Shown here: positions 12,688 through 25,599 of the stretch, in pieces
Position numbering within the stretch: the first letter of the stretch is position 1
Layout: the number at the start of each line of letters is the position of its first letter
Assembly (NCBI RefSeq): GCF_000143415.4
Contig: NW_003314413.1
Location: 205,210-269,209, forward strand
DNA from: Selaginella moellendorffii
Lineage: Eukaryota; Plantae; Lycopodiophyta
Reading direction: 5' to 3'
DNA length: 64,000 nt
Made by a program: the position numbers and the translations under genes
Notes under the pieces: model-generated
Told to the model about the DNA's origin: nothing
What the model saw: only the letters and a program-made list of their open reading frames with translations
The model's database searches: none

Positions 12688-13435
12688 TCACACGTCTGCT
12701 GGGATGTTGCATGGAAACGTCGTGCTTGCCGGTGAGAACATATTTCCTTTTTCGTCGATGGAACGTATCCTGGCTGTATATTTTTCAGCCTTCCACCACC
12801 TGGCGCATACGCCTTTGTGCAAAGGAGAGCGGCATTATCACTCTGGTCCTGTGCACTGACACTCAGTCGGGGATCCGAAACAACTTGCGGTCCTTCCGCG
12901 TACGATCTGCCTTTTGCCCACCTGACGATATCGAGGTCTCCAAATTACCAGTAAGTATCGCTCCTCGTGTTGACCCTTAAGGTATTCCGAGAGGTGGAGG
13001 ACAGGTTTGAAAGGGACACGATGCATGCCTGGAGCAGTAGGAGCCTGCAACGCTGGTCATTTTTCTCGTCGTTGCTCCCTTTGAGTAGCTTTGTGATTCC
13101 AAAGTCTGCTAGTTTTGGTTTGTAGTCAGCGTCTAGCAGAATGTTGGCTGACTTGACGTCTCTGTGCAGGAATGGCGAGGATCACTCTGATAGAGCTTGG
13201 AAGCGATCCTGTAGCGGCGGTTCCAGTCCAGACTTGTGACTCTTTCACTGTGTAAGACGTCTCCCACGCTGTCATGTACTCGACGATGAGCAGGTCCCTA
13301 TCAGAGTTCCAGCAGCAGCTTAACAGCCTGACAATTCTCCGGTGTCTCCAAAGTTCTGACTTAGTAGTCCTCACCGAGGAGACCGGCCACTCCCGATAAC
13401 GCTGTTCTCGTGATGATGGTTAACTTCGTGTGGAG
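12688..13435 (-). pseudogene. Deletion-riddled copy of the kinase half of the LRR-RLK at 15852-18876
   Basis: Direct nucleotide matches, e.g. 13081 ttgagtagctttgtgattccaaagtctgctag and 13140 aatgttggctgacttgacgtctctgtgcagga, to 16364-16455; RHRRIVRLLSCCWNSDRDLLIVEYM; remnant of the same intron. Confidence 0.9.
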
Positions 13436-14274
13436 CGAGGATGGCCAACAGATGTGTTCTGATACTGCTTTCGAGTTTATGTAGCAGCCGAAATTTTTTC
13501 ACATGAAATGCCACCTTCCGTGCATCAAGAACCAGATGATCCGTGTTTGGCTCCTTGGCAAAAACGTCAAACGGACAATCTCAGTTCTGAACTTATGGCG
13601 CATGAGTTCCAGCCTCTCCAAAGCCTTTTGCACGTCCACCACAGCCTTCTCCTTGGAGGCCGTGATGTTTGATTCTCCTCTTCGTGAGCTACAGTATAAG
13701 TCAGGGCACGCCACTGCTGCCAGATTGAATACTTGTCTTCATCGTCAAAGATGAACTTAGGCAACTCTTCAGTGGTGAAGCAATTGTCTTTCCAAGGCCG
13801 TCTCCATAAAACTCTTCATTATTGTTAATCGCAGGTAACTTACAAGCCTGGTTCAAGTGGCTCCTCAGAGGTTTCTGGTTAGCCATATTCATGCAAAGAG
13901 ATTCCGCGTACTCCGCCCTTTCCAAACTACAAGAATCCTGTCAAGCATAGATTGGAAGATGAGCAACGTTCCGGGAGCTCAATCCCATCTGTAAGCAGCA
14001 TGTCCTCAAATCTTGATCCCCCGATATTGGTATACTTTCCACCAGTCCCGCTTCCTAAATCTTGAGCAACTGTAGAGGGGTTGTGGTTCCAGACACCAGC
14101 CAGGAGTGAGTGGATGCAGCAATGGATGAGACTTAGAACCTCACGAGGAATTGTGAGTTCATCCATCTGTGATTTGATCGAGTCGCTGCTGAGCCTTTTA
14201 AGCACGGTCGTGTTGGTACGCATTCATTCTATTAGATTTCTTTTTCTTGCCTTCTCTTGTGGAGTGCTTTGTTT

Positions 14275-14313
<39 letters not shown>

Positions 14314-14719
14314 GCAATTTTCCACGGCGAGTTAGATTTTATTTGGTGGTCTTCTTCCTTTTTCCAGCCTCAGCGACCTGTTCGAACTGAAGACAGACAA
14401 GAACTTCTTCATGTGCTTTAGGAAGTGTCCGCATTTGTTCTAATTTGACAACCATAAAAGTATACTTGAATGTAATTAAATTGTCTTTCAAGGTCGACAA
14501 CGAAGAAGTTCGCCTCAGGACGAAGAAAGACGAGTAGTTTCAACTTATTCAAGACAGTGAATGTCTTGAATCTTATAAGGAGATCGTTGGCAAGAGCGAA
14601 AGGAGAGCCTCAAGATTGTGCAGGACACAGTTGACCTCTAAATCGACATCTAGATCTGAAGTGTGTCATACCTGAATGTTGTACAGAGCAAACAGATCAC
14701 TGACCTTGTGCAATATTTT

Positions 14720-15160
14720 GAAGAGAGGTTGGAGCTGAAGAAGGATCAGCAGCTAGATACACACGAGATTTGAAAAGGAGCTTCTCGGCGCGCACAAAAG
14801 CTGGAAGAGGTAAGAATCTGGGGAAGGAGGATTCCAATCTAACGACAAGTTAAAAGTCCTTCAGAGCTTATTCTCCATCTTGTTGTCACGGACGAAGGCG
14901 AGCGGATTAAGACGAACGTTTGGGAAGCTGCATGGAGACGTCCCAGACGTGCTTGCCGGTGAGAACATTTCCTCCGTTGTGCATGGAGAGTAATAAGCTT
15001 CCGGTTGTAGTGCTTCAGCTGGCCTCTTAGGCCACCAAGTTCGGCAGGTTTTCTGGCAAGTGTGCCATCAAGCTGCCGTTGAGCCTGTTGGAAGAGAGGT
15101 TTGGTGGAATAGATGGTTCATCAAACACATCAAACTTTTGCAATTCCAGGATTTTACGTC
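14720..15160. pseudogene. Second, heavily deleted copy of the coiled-coil 3' end / RLK junction
   Basis: 14826-14905 matches 12575-12660 and 15768-15835; 14930-15000 matches the RLK C-terminus; 15075 gccgttgagcctgttggaagagag matches the RLK LRR region at ~17545. Confidence 0.8.
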
Positions 15161-15619
15161 AGGCTGTTCATTTTTGTCCTATCAGATCTGTATCTATGGA
15201 AACGGTGGCTTTTATTCTATGAAGGTAGTTCCTTGGCATTTGAGAAAGAGAACTGGAAGTGAATACCAAGATCCAAGGAGAGCATGCAGTTTTTGAGAGC
15301 ATAGCTTTGCTGACTTACGGGTGTCCCAGACGAGCGGATGGAAAAGCATTTGGTGGAGCATTGGGATTATACCCTCATGGGTTGTATGAGATAGAGCACA
15401 TTTTTCTCTATCTGCGGAAAAAATAATTTTGGCGACTTAGGTTAGTAGGGTTTGCCCATGGGCGCTGCTGGATTCATCAGAGTCTTCTTGCATTCAACAA
15501 CATCACCTGGTACCTATCATTTAGGCAATGGCGCTCAACTTATGTATCATGAAAGTCAGTGAATCTTCGTAAGGAAATTGGTGCAAAAAGAGACAGCTAA
15601 TATTATGTAGTAGGTGCAG

Positions 15620-15835
15620 GACATTGAAGAAAGGCTCAAGGTGAAGAGAAGAAGGGCTGGAGAAGTATCAGCAGCTAGATAAGCAGAGGAGATCTCTAGA
15701 GTATACGAGTTTTGACAAGGAGCTTCTCAACGCGAGACAGAACCTGGAAGGGGTAAGAGTTACGGGAAGGAGGATTGCCATCGAACGACAAGATGAAAGC
15801 CTTGAGAGCTTTGTCTCCATCACGAAGGCGAGCGA
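15620..15835 (+). pseudogene. Decayed copy of the coiled-coil gene 3' end abutting the intact RLK
   Basis: ggaggattgccatcgaacgacaagatgaaagccttgagagc matches 12574-12615 (GGLPSSDKMKALQS); the upstream part matches 14720-14825. Confidence 0.7.
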
Positions 15836-15851
15836 ATGAAGACGAAGAACC

Positions 15852-18800
15852 TCACACGTATTCTGGGATGCTGCATGGAGACGTCGACCCAGACGTGCTC
15901 GCCGGTGAGAACATTTCCTCCTTTGTGCATGGAGAGTAACAAGCTTCGGGCTGTATTTTTTCCAGCATTTCCACCACCCGGCGCATCGTTGGTCTTTCCT
16001 CTGGAGACGCCTTTGTGCAAAGAAGAGCAACGTCGAGCAGCATTATCATCTGGTCCTGTGCACTGGCGCTCACTCGGGTATCCAGAACAACTTGCGGTCC
16101 TTTCGCTTGCACTCTGCCTTTTACCCACCTGACGATATCCAGGTCTCCAAATTCACTGTCAACTGGCCTCTTGCCTGTCACTAGCTCCAGCAGGACGACT
16201 CCAAAGCTGTAAGTATCGCTTTTCGTGCTGACCTTCAAGGTATAGGTGTACTCTGAGAGGTGAAGGACAGGTTGGAAAGGAATTAGCTTAGACATGATGC
16301 ATACCTGGAGCAATGTAGCCGTAGGAACCTGCAATGTTGGTCATTGTCTCGTCGTCGCTACCTTTGAGTAGCTTTGTGATTCCAAAGTCTGCTAGCTTTG
16401 GTTCGTAGTCAGCGTCCAGCAGAATGTTGGCTGACTTGACGTCTCTGTGCAGGAGCGGCGGGGAGCAATCGTGATGAAGGTATGATAGAGCTTGTGCTGC
16501 TCTCAAAGCGATCCTGTAGCGGGTGTTCCAGTCCAGGTTCGCGACTTTCTTGCTGTGTAGGACGTCTCTCAGGCTGCCGTTCGGCATATACTCGAAGATG
16601 AGCAGGTCCGTATCAGCGTTCCAGCAGCAGCTTAACAGCCTGACGATGCTACGGTGTCTTATGTGGCCCAAAGTTCTGACTTCGGACTGGTACTGGTAGT
16701 CATCACCGAGGGAATGATCTGATCGTGATATCTGCTTCACTGCTAGAGAATGTCCGCTTGCCAAATCAACTCGATACACCTTCCCAGACCGGCCAGTCCC
16801 GATAACGTTGTTCTCGTCGAGCTTCTCGATGACAGTTAACTCGTTGAAGAACAACCTTTGGAACGATTTCACTTTCCAACGGGGTGGCTGTTTCACGAGC
16901 TTGAAGTGGCGCCAGCAGATGCAGAGACTGCCAGTGAGAAGCAAGACGACGGCTCCAACGATAACAACAACCGAGATCAGTGTAACCGAGAAGCGACTCT
17001 TACCGCTGTTGGCACTTCTGCTGCTGCTGGTGGTTCTTGCATTGGAGCATGCCGAGTCTTGGCAGAGATCAGGATTTCCAAAGAAGCTATCAGCCGAAAA
17101 GCCTCGAGTCCAGCTCTCAGGAATACGGCCGCTCAAGTTGTTATTGGAGATGTTCAAGCTGGACAGCAGAAGATTTCCCAGAGCAGATGGAACGTCTCCA
17201 CTCAAGTGGTTGTTGGAAAGATCCAGCATGTTGAGCCTGGAAAGGCTAGCCAGTGACGATGGAATCGAGCCAGACAGACTGTTTGCGGAGAAGTCAAGTG
17301 AAGTGAGCCTCACGCAGTTTCTAATATCTGCTGGTATAGCGCCGGACAGACGATTGTGAGACAGATTCAATGCTTCCAAAGAGGCACAGCTCCCAATCTG
17401 GAATCCGGAGATTGAGTTATCCGAGGCCGTCAACTCGATCAAGTTCGGCAGGTTTCCCAGCTCGTCCGGTAAACTTTCGAACTTGTTACCATCCAACCTC
17501 AGAATTCCTAGCTGTGCAGCGTTCTTGATATCGGAAGTCACACTGCCGTTGAGCCTGTTGGAAGAGAGCTCCAAGACGGTCAGGTTGGGGGAGGCCCAGA
17601 GCTTTGGCGGAACAGGGCCTTCGAGATGGTTGTCTTGCAGCCTCAATCGCACCCAGCTTTTGCAATCGCTGAAGCTCTCAGGAATTCCTCCCGACAGCAT
17701 GTTGCCGTACAGGCTCAGGTTTTGCAGAGCATTTCCACCGCAGATGAAAGGTGGCACACCTCCGGTAAGTTTGTTTTGTGAGAGTGTGACGTAGCTGAGC
17801 CTGGCTTTTTTTCCTAGGGACTCGGGGATTTTACCTGTCAGGTTGTTTGCGAATGCTGTGAATTGTTCGAGGTTTTCCAAATCCGCAAGACTTTCTGGGA
17901 TGCTACCTGTCAGGCGATTCAAGTGGAGATGAAGTATCCGCAGATTTTTTAGCCCTCCAACCTGTGTAGGAATGCTGCCAGTTAAAGCGTTCTCGGAGGC
18001 ATCCAAGTCAGTAAGCAGCATGAGGTTGCCAATCTCATATGGAATCTGACCCGAGAGCTTGTTTTTGTAGAGCTCGAGCATCTTCAGCTTAGGAAGGTAC
18101 ATGAGCTCAACCGGAATGCTGCCGGTGAGATTGTTGGACTGGAGCTCGAGGTCTTCGATCTCTTTTAAGGCACCTAGCTCGGGTGGAATGGTTCCAACGA
18201 GGCCGCAGTTAAACAGATACAGCCGGACAAGCCTTGTGAGATTGCCAAGCTCGGGAGGAATGAAGGCACGGAGGAGATTAATATTGGACGAGACGTCGAG
18301 AAAGGTGAGGTTGGAGAGACGGCCGAGGCTGGGGGTCAAGTTCGTGAAGAGATTTGCGCTGAGGACGAGCTCCTGGAGGGTGGTGGGAAGTTCTCCAAGA
18401 GCGTCGGGCATGGGTCCAGTGAAGGCATTGTAGGAGAGATCCAACCTGCGAAGTGGGAGATGACCGAGGATCATGGAGATGTTCTCCGGGAGTGGGCCGC
18501 GAAACCAGTTCTGGCTCAAGTCGAGATAGACGAGCTTGCTGCATCTCTCAAGCGAAGGGAAGGGCTGGTCGAAGTTGTTATAGGTGACTCTCACGCTGGT
18601 CAGATTTGGCAACTCACAGATAACTGGAGACATGGTCCCGTTGAGCTGGAAGTGCTCCAAGTTGATCCCAACCACACCGTCGTCGCCATCGCATTCGATT
18701 CCCTTCCAGCTACAGACCTGCGGATTGGTAGAAGCGTTCCAGCTCTCCAGAACGTTGCGAGGATCGACGATGCCGCGCTTGAATTCCAGCAGGAGCTCCC

Positions 18801-18876
18801 GCTCGGTTGCTGCCCGAGTGAGTGGAAGAATGGCGATGGCCAGGCAGAAGGCAAGGAGATCCCGGAGCCATTCCAT
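15852..18876 (-). CDS. LRR receptor-like kinase, subfamily XI-like (HAESA/HSL-type); exons 18876-16305 and 16252-15852 (52-bp intron)
   Basis: Signal peptide MEWLRDLLAFCLAIAILPLTRA, LRRNT CSWKGIEC, about 20 plant LRRs, TM segment, RD kinase ([34 protein letters not shown]|EY) with the single intron at the APE position typical of LRR-XI. Confidence 0.93.
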
Positions 18877-19514
18877 GGATGAATGAGCGTCAAAGTCCTC
18901 ACTAAAAGAGCACGGGACTTGGACTAGCCGGCAGTTTTGACGAAAGAGAGCTTGTTTTCGTTTGCGTGCTAATACTACTTTCTTTGCTTGTAATGGATGC
19001 ACTTCTTCGAGAATTGTCGCCAATTTTCAGTCACAGGCGCCGAGCGATCGGAGCTTGGCATCGGAGTGGGCAGCGCCAGTTAGTTCCCATTTGTTTGGCA
19101 GTGCCTTTTAAAATCGAAGATCGCAATCGGGCCTTGAATGTAATCGTCGGGAATGCTTCCAGGCGGAGAGAATGTGGCCGTTTGCTTGGATCTACTTGGT
19201 TATGAATAACCAGAGCGGCATGATGGAGGACTACACTACAGCATTTTCCTCAACAATTCATTTTGTGTTTTAGAATGCTTGTGTTGAAAAGGCAAAGAGA
19301 TGGTTTGGTGAAACCTTTCTGCAAGCAGACATCCCTCGCTTACATTTACCCTAGAAGCTTATTCTTCCAACACGTCGCAGCACCAGGGAATCCATCGGTG
19401 CCTCACTTTCCCAGAGACAAGGCCCAACCAATCAAATGTCATCAACGAAGAGACTTTGACTCTTTGAATAGTTAATACAGATTATACAATAATAAATGTA
19501 TTTTTGGGAGTGGG

Positions 19515-19695
19515 TATATTTAGAATATATTTGGATATTCTAGGATATTTTACCATTTAACTGTTGTTATTCATTTAAATTTATAAACATGTTTATAATT
19601 TATAAAATTTTTTAAACACTTTCTTGATATTCAAAAAGATTATTCTTGTGTTTATAAATTATAAAGAATATAATATAAACTTCCATTTGATCAAT
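19515..19695 (+). repeat. AT-rich dispersed repeat, copy 1
   Basis: tttggatattctaggatatt...aagattattcttgtgtttataaattataaa...catttgatcaatt is also found at 28795-29022. Confidence 0.7.
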
Positions 19696-19808
19696 TAGAT
19701 TAATAAATAGGAATAACACCATTATTATGCAAACCAAAGCGTTGTTACATGCAATGTGCAGAAAATTATTTTTTGTTGTTATTTCTAAAAAGTTTTAAAA
19801 ATCTTTTA

Positions 19809-19928
<120 letters not shown>

Positions 19929-21804
19929 GCACATATAAGTGGAGAGATATGGAAAAGAATTCAGAAAATTTGGCAGTTATAAAAATAAGATCTTGTGCAT
20001 TGTATTGCAGCAGCACTTGGTTTGTTTTTGTTTTCTTAATATTTTACTATAATATATAATTTATACCAATAATAATAAAAAATGATAATTATGATAATAC
20101 ACAGATGGATTTCTTTTGTGGGTTCAAGACATTTCTCAAGAGTTTAATCCACAGTGGGCCATGCTCTGGGCATCATTTGAGGTAACAAACTTGATCTCTA
20201 TATTCTATTCCCGAGTTGATGGACAAAGACTCACTCCTCTCTTTTGTTTTCCTTTGCAGCTGAAAACAAGCATAACTACATTTCATTCATAGATAGAATG
20301 ATCTTCTAACTTCCATCACCAATAATCCTAAGCACAAAATCAAGAGGTGTGAAGCAAGTAGATTGGACCTTTATTAGGCCATGCAAGGTTGGGTCCAGCT
20401 CCTCCCACAGTTGTACCTATAAGGTCCACATGTAAAATTACAATGCCATATACTATTATTTACATAATGGGATTTTAGTGGCTACCAAATTATACCACTT
20501 TTAAATTAACATAAGTATGCATACTTCTGTATTCCTATACTGGTGATGATTGGGCACTTGCTTTTTGTGTAAACTCTTTAAATTTATCCTATTTAAATTT
20601 AAGGGCACTTAACTCTTACTATTCATGTGCCTTATCTTTAAACCCTTTTGAAGTCACTTCTTTAGTTGCTTCATTTTTTTTTTGTTTTATTTTTCTAAAT
20701 CTATTATATAGATCATCATTATTGTAGAAATAACTAAGATACCCACAAGATTTTAATTATCAAAATGATAGCATGAGGCCATAAACCATTTTTTCTCTTC
20801 TTTATGTTCTTTGGTATGGTAATAGAGTCCTCTTTTGCAGCAATATTCTCCTTTATCTATGGATTAGTAATTCCTACAATTACTCAATGCTATGTGGCTA
20901 TAACTGAATAATTAAACTCAATTGATATTTGGTTTAAATCCTTTCCTTCCTACTACCAAACCTTTCATCTAATCAGATATTTTTTATGGGAATCTCAGGA
21001 ATGATATGTACCACTTATTTGACAGTGATTACTAAATATCATTCTTGGGATAATGCCTAGTGTCTATGTGAATTTCTTATTTAAGGATAGTGTTATAGTG
21101 TTATAGTGGTATAATAATTTAAAAGTAACAACTCATGGGGATTAAAGTTTTCATCTAGAAGTCCTTCAGCACTCATTTGAGCATTCTGACAAATGCAACA
21201 ATGCTCTTTAGTAATTGCATCATCTATCACACTAGGAATTATGCTTATAAGTTTTTGAACTTAATTTATAAAGAAACACATATATATAGAACCTTTGTAT
21301 GTTTTTCTAAAAGTTGGTTTTAGAATGAATATATATGCTATGCATGTTTTGATATGTATCAAGTTCTTTTTGTAGTTAACTAATAAGTTGTTAATATTTT
21401 TTTATGTTTGTATATACATTTATATTTAAGTTTAGCATTTGTATTTTGATTAAATATTGTTTCCTACTCCTTTGGTGACACTCATGGGCCAATTCCATAC
21501 TAGAATGTGCAATCTAGTACCAGAGAGAAACTCAAAGAACTTAAAAACTTGTTGGCTTGATTCTTGCTAATTCCAAGTGATCATAACATCTAAAATAGCA
21601 TAAACAAACAATATTTCAGCTCCCTATGGTGGAACAATTACTTTATTTAAGCAGCTCCACTCTTGAATATATGTTAGACAACTCTTCAGGTAATTCCCTA
21701 ATTGAATGATGCATTTGATGGATAAGATATGACCTTTCATCAAGATCTTACAACACTAGCAGTAACTCCATCCCAACTAAACCTAGTCTTTATACTACTA
21801 TACT

Positions 21805-21902
21805 TTGTTATAAGCTCCTTTTGGCTCTTCATATATAGCTTGTTATAAGCTCCTTTTGGCTCTTCATATATAGCTTGTTATAAGCTTCTTTTGGCTCTTC
21901 AT
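21805..21902. repeat. 35-bp tandem repeat, about 2.8 copies
   Basis: ttgttataagctccttttggctcttcatatatagc begins at 21805, 21840 and 21875. Confidence 0.9.
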
Positions 21903-22905
21903 GTGCCAATTTGTAGCAACGAGGGAATAAAACACTAAAAAGTGCTAAATGTTGTAAATATAAATTTGGGTATCAAAAAATATTTATTGACCAATCACTC
22001 TTTGCTAAACACTCTTTTTTTATTGTCATGATAGCAAAGGATTGGTCCCTTTATAATTTCCACTTGAGCTAGTTGAGAAAATGGTTATTGCATATGTATT
22101 TAAATTGGATAAATATAAGGTAGGAACCCCTATGTGTTTCTTGTTGAGCATACTCAATCTGGTCTGAGAAACTCATATTATTGGCTTATATTTGATAATA
22201 TCACAAACTCCCATTATGTGGAGTTTAGTCCCTCAATATTATTATGTGATAGTTTACTATATCTGCCAAACACCCTCACTATCATGTCCCATGTGTTAGT
22301 CCCATTTCAGTTCCATATGCTATTTATGGTAGGTGTCTAAATCAACTCAAGAGGCATATCTACAAAATGTAGAGAGTGTTTTGAACATCATAGTGTTGTT
22401 TTGGTGTCTTAAGTCGCAATCTACCACCATTCCATATTTAGTAAGTTTTCGAGTTTATCCCAATGTATGGTTTGACACTATTTTGCATGTAAAAGCTAGA
22501 TATAGGGAGTTGGTGCTTGTAGAGGATATTGAGTGTGTATTAGACTTTTATTTTGTAGCATAACAAGTTTAGAATTTAACTTTAAATTTAGTTGCATTAC
22601 ATTAACTATGGGAATATGCCCTATAAAGCTACTAAAAAACTAACTAGTGTTGGCCATTACAATGCTAGCTATAGTGCTGGATGTGCATTAGCATGAGAAA
22701 TAGATTATATAAAGAAATAAAACCCTAGGAATGACTTATCTTAGGTTTACTTTTAAAAATTAGACCTCTTTAACCGTTTTTAAAACTCCTTTTCTAACCC
22801 TAGTTTTTATAGTGACTATACCATAATTACTCTATAGTTTCTTATAAAAAAACACATCCTAAACTTAATCATCTAAAAACTTATATATACACAAATTTTT
22901 ATTAT

Positions 22906-25502
22906 TATGAGGTCTAAGTGTACGACTACGATGCCATATCCCAATATTAGTATAGTGGGATTTTGGTGGCTGTCAGATTGATTTCAATCCAGACCACTTG
23001 CTCCTGTATATAAATTAGGGTTTTTGGGCTAATTGATATGCATATTTTCTGTATTCCCTTTACATATTCCATGCACTCATATTGGTGAAGGTGAAGGGCA
23101 CTTTTGATTGTCCCTAAAGAGTGCTTGGATTTGGGATTTTGGTCTAGATCTAGCTTTTGCATTGTCTAAATCTCCCTTTCTTTCTAGCTTTTTTCATTTC
23201 TTTTTTTTTTGCTCTTTCCTTTTCATTCATCTTCATGGCAAAGCAGCAATTTCCTCCTCCTTTGACCTTGGAGTAGCAATTAGTGCAATTGCTCGATGCT
23301 ATGTGATTGCAATTGAAAAATCAAACTCAGTTGATGGTGGCATTCACGACACATGATACAGTTCCTCTTGCTCTTAGTGCCAATCTTCGTGTTCAGCCGG
23401 ATTTCTTTTGTGGGAATCCTAAGGATGATATGTACTATTAGTTCGATCATTTTATAATGATTGGCGCATATCAGTTTTGGGATGATGCTCAACATTTGCG
23501 TGAGTTTCCCACGTATCTCCAAAGGACAGCATTGCAGTGGTACAATAGTTTGAGTGTAGCCACTTGTAGGGATTTAAATATTCTCCCGGACATCTTTAAA
23601 TGTGATTCTGGACATGCCAACAATTGTAATAATGCTTTTCAACAATTGCATCATCTTTATCAAGAACCATTTGAGTTGGTAATGCAATTTGGCATTTGTT
23701 TCTGAAGTCTCTTGCTTCGTGTAGAGTCAAATATGTTAGAGTGGATCAAGTTAGAAATGTTGTAGCCAGCACTTTGTCAAGATTTTGTAGGATTTGTGTA
23801 TGCACTTGCTCCAACCACCCTTGATAATGCCTTTTGCTTAGCATAATATTATAAAACGTTGCCTCTTCCACTTCTTGTTGCATGTTCTTCAGCTCCACTT
23901 CCTGTGGGAGATGGTCCTATTCCAATGGAGATTGATGTTGTTTCTACTCGAGTTCACGGATATAAGTGACGATGTGGCCGTGTTTGTGATGTCCGCTGCT
24001 GGGTGTGTGATGAAGTTGGTTACACTTATTAGCATTGTCAGCGTTTTTTGGATTGGTGGCCTCCATTTCCTGGATAGAGACCTTAGCATCAATAATGTTT
24101 TATTAGTGCTGCTGTAGTGGAAGATCTAGACACTAAGATGCATCTAGGAAACAAGGAATCATATGAGTAATAAAGGGACCTTGCATGAATAAGTTAGTGA
24201 CCCCTCTATTTTTCTTTTGAGAATATCATTAAGAGGTTCACTCTTCATCTAATGTTTACTTTCTAAGCTCGTTTTTATAACAAAAGGTCTCTTATTATTC
24301 TCTTCGTGTTGGTTGATACAGGTTGAGTTTATCTTTTATTGCTCGACCTATTACCACACATTGCTGTCCATATTTACATTGTGTAGTAGAGCTAATTTTC
24401 ATTCTTTATAGTAATGGCCATACACATGTATATGCATGGGTGAGGTGGATCTAGTTGTGCATATGGGCAATCTTGAGCTTGGATTGCAGTCATTATAGGT
24501 GATGCCAAGTCAAGCTTTTGACCTCATCCTTAGTATTGATTAGTTATAGTGTGATCATGCTAAATATGATTTTGAGGTTTCTCCCTTTTATCTTATATTT
24601 TCTTATATTTCATCCATTCTTCTCACTTCCATACCTTTTCATCCCTTTGCTTCTACCTCTGCTTTAATTACTTTTGTCTCCCCATTACTTCTTTCTATAT
24701 TTCCATCTTATTCCACTCTTTTGTTTTTCAATCCCTTTGACAGTCTTTGTATTGCAGCGGTTGACTAGCTCATGAAGGAGTATGCCGATCTCTTTGAATT
24801 TAATTTATCATTTGAGGCCAAGATTACCACACATCATCTGATTCCAACCGAGGGTGCTCATCCAATCAAGGTTTCTATTTGTCGTTGGTCACCCAAAGAG
24901 ATCAAGATTTTATGTGCAAACGTCAAGAAAATGTTGGAAAAGGGTGTCATTTGAAAGTCGCAAAGTACTTCGGCATATGAATTTCATCTTGTGATGAAGT
25001 ATAATGGGAGTATTCATTTTTGCATCGACTGTCATCCATTAAATGAAGTAACAATCCCGAATGTGTACTCTCTTCCTCACACTGCTGATCTCTTGGATTA
25101 TCTAGGGAGAAATCATTAGTTCACCAAGCTAGATCTTGCTTTTGGGTATTGGTAAGTACCAATGGCCAAAGAAAATATTTTTAACACTTCGTACAAAAGA
25201 ACCAAGAACAACTAATACCATCTATAGATCTACCAATGTTTCCTTATGATGTTCCTCCAAATCCTAGCCCATTTACGAGGGAACTCTGATAGTCTTCTAT
25301 TATTCCAAGAGGAGGGGATGATAATAGCTCCAAGTGTACAGTTATTATGGATTTTGGTAGAGGGATATTAACATAGAGGGATTTTGGTAGCCGTCGGATT
25401 GGGTTCAATCTAAACTATATGCTTTTGTATATAAGGTACGGTTTTTGGGTTAATTGATATGCATATTTTTTATATTCCTTTTCTATATTCCATGCACTCA
25501 CA
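22906..25502 (+). mobile_element. Decayed short-LTR Ty3/gypsy element (LTRs about 22906-23081 and about 25322-25502)
   Basis: Diverged ~180-bp direct repeats; PBS-like tggtgaaggtgaagggc at 23083; PPT aagaggaggggatga at about 25307; gag remnant (LQRTALQWYNSL); RT remnant 24772-25180 (HPIKVSICRWSPKE..KKMLEKGVI, FTKLDLAFGYW); ttat on both flanks. Confidence 0.85.
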
Positions 25503-25599
25503 TTATGAGTTTTGAAATAAGCTTAAGCTTTTTTAAAATTATATATATTTTGATATAAATTTGTGGAAGAACTTTTAAGGGTTATTTGAGTCAAATATA

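Noticed and set aside
18877-19023. 49-aa N-terminal extension of the RLK ORF
   Set aside because: It begins at a non-ATG codon; the ATG at 18876 directly precedes a signal peptide.
21805-21902. CRISPR-like array
   Set aside because: Head-to-tail 35-bp units with no spacers, in a plant context with no cas genes.
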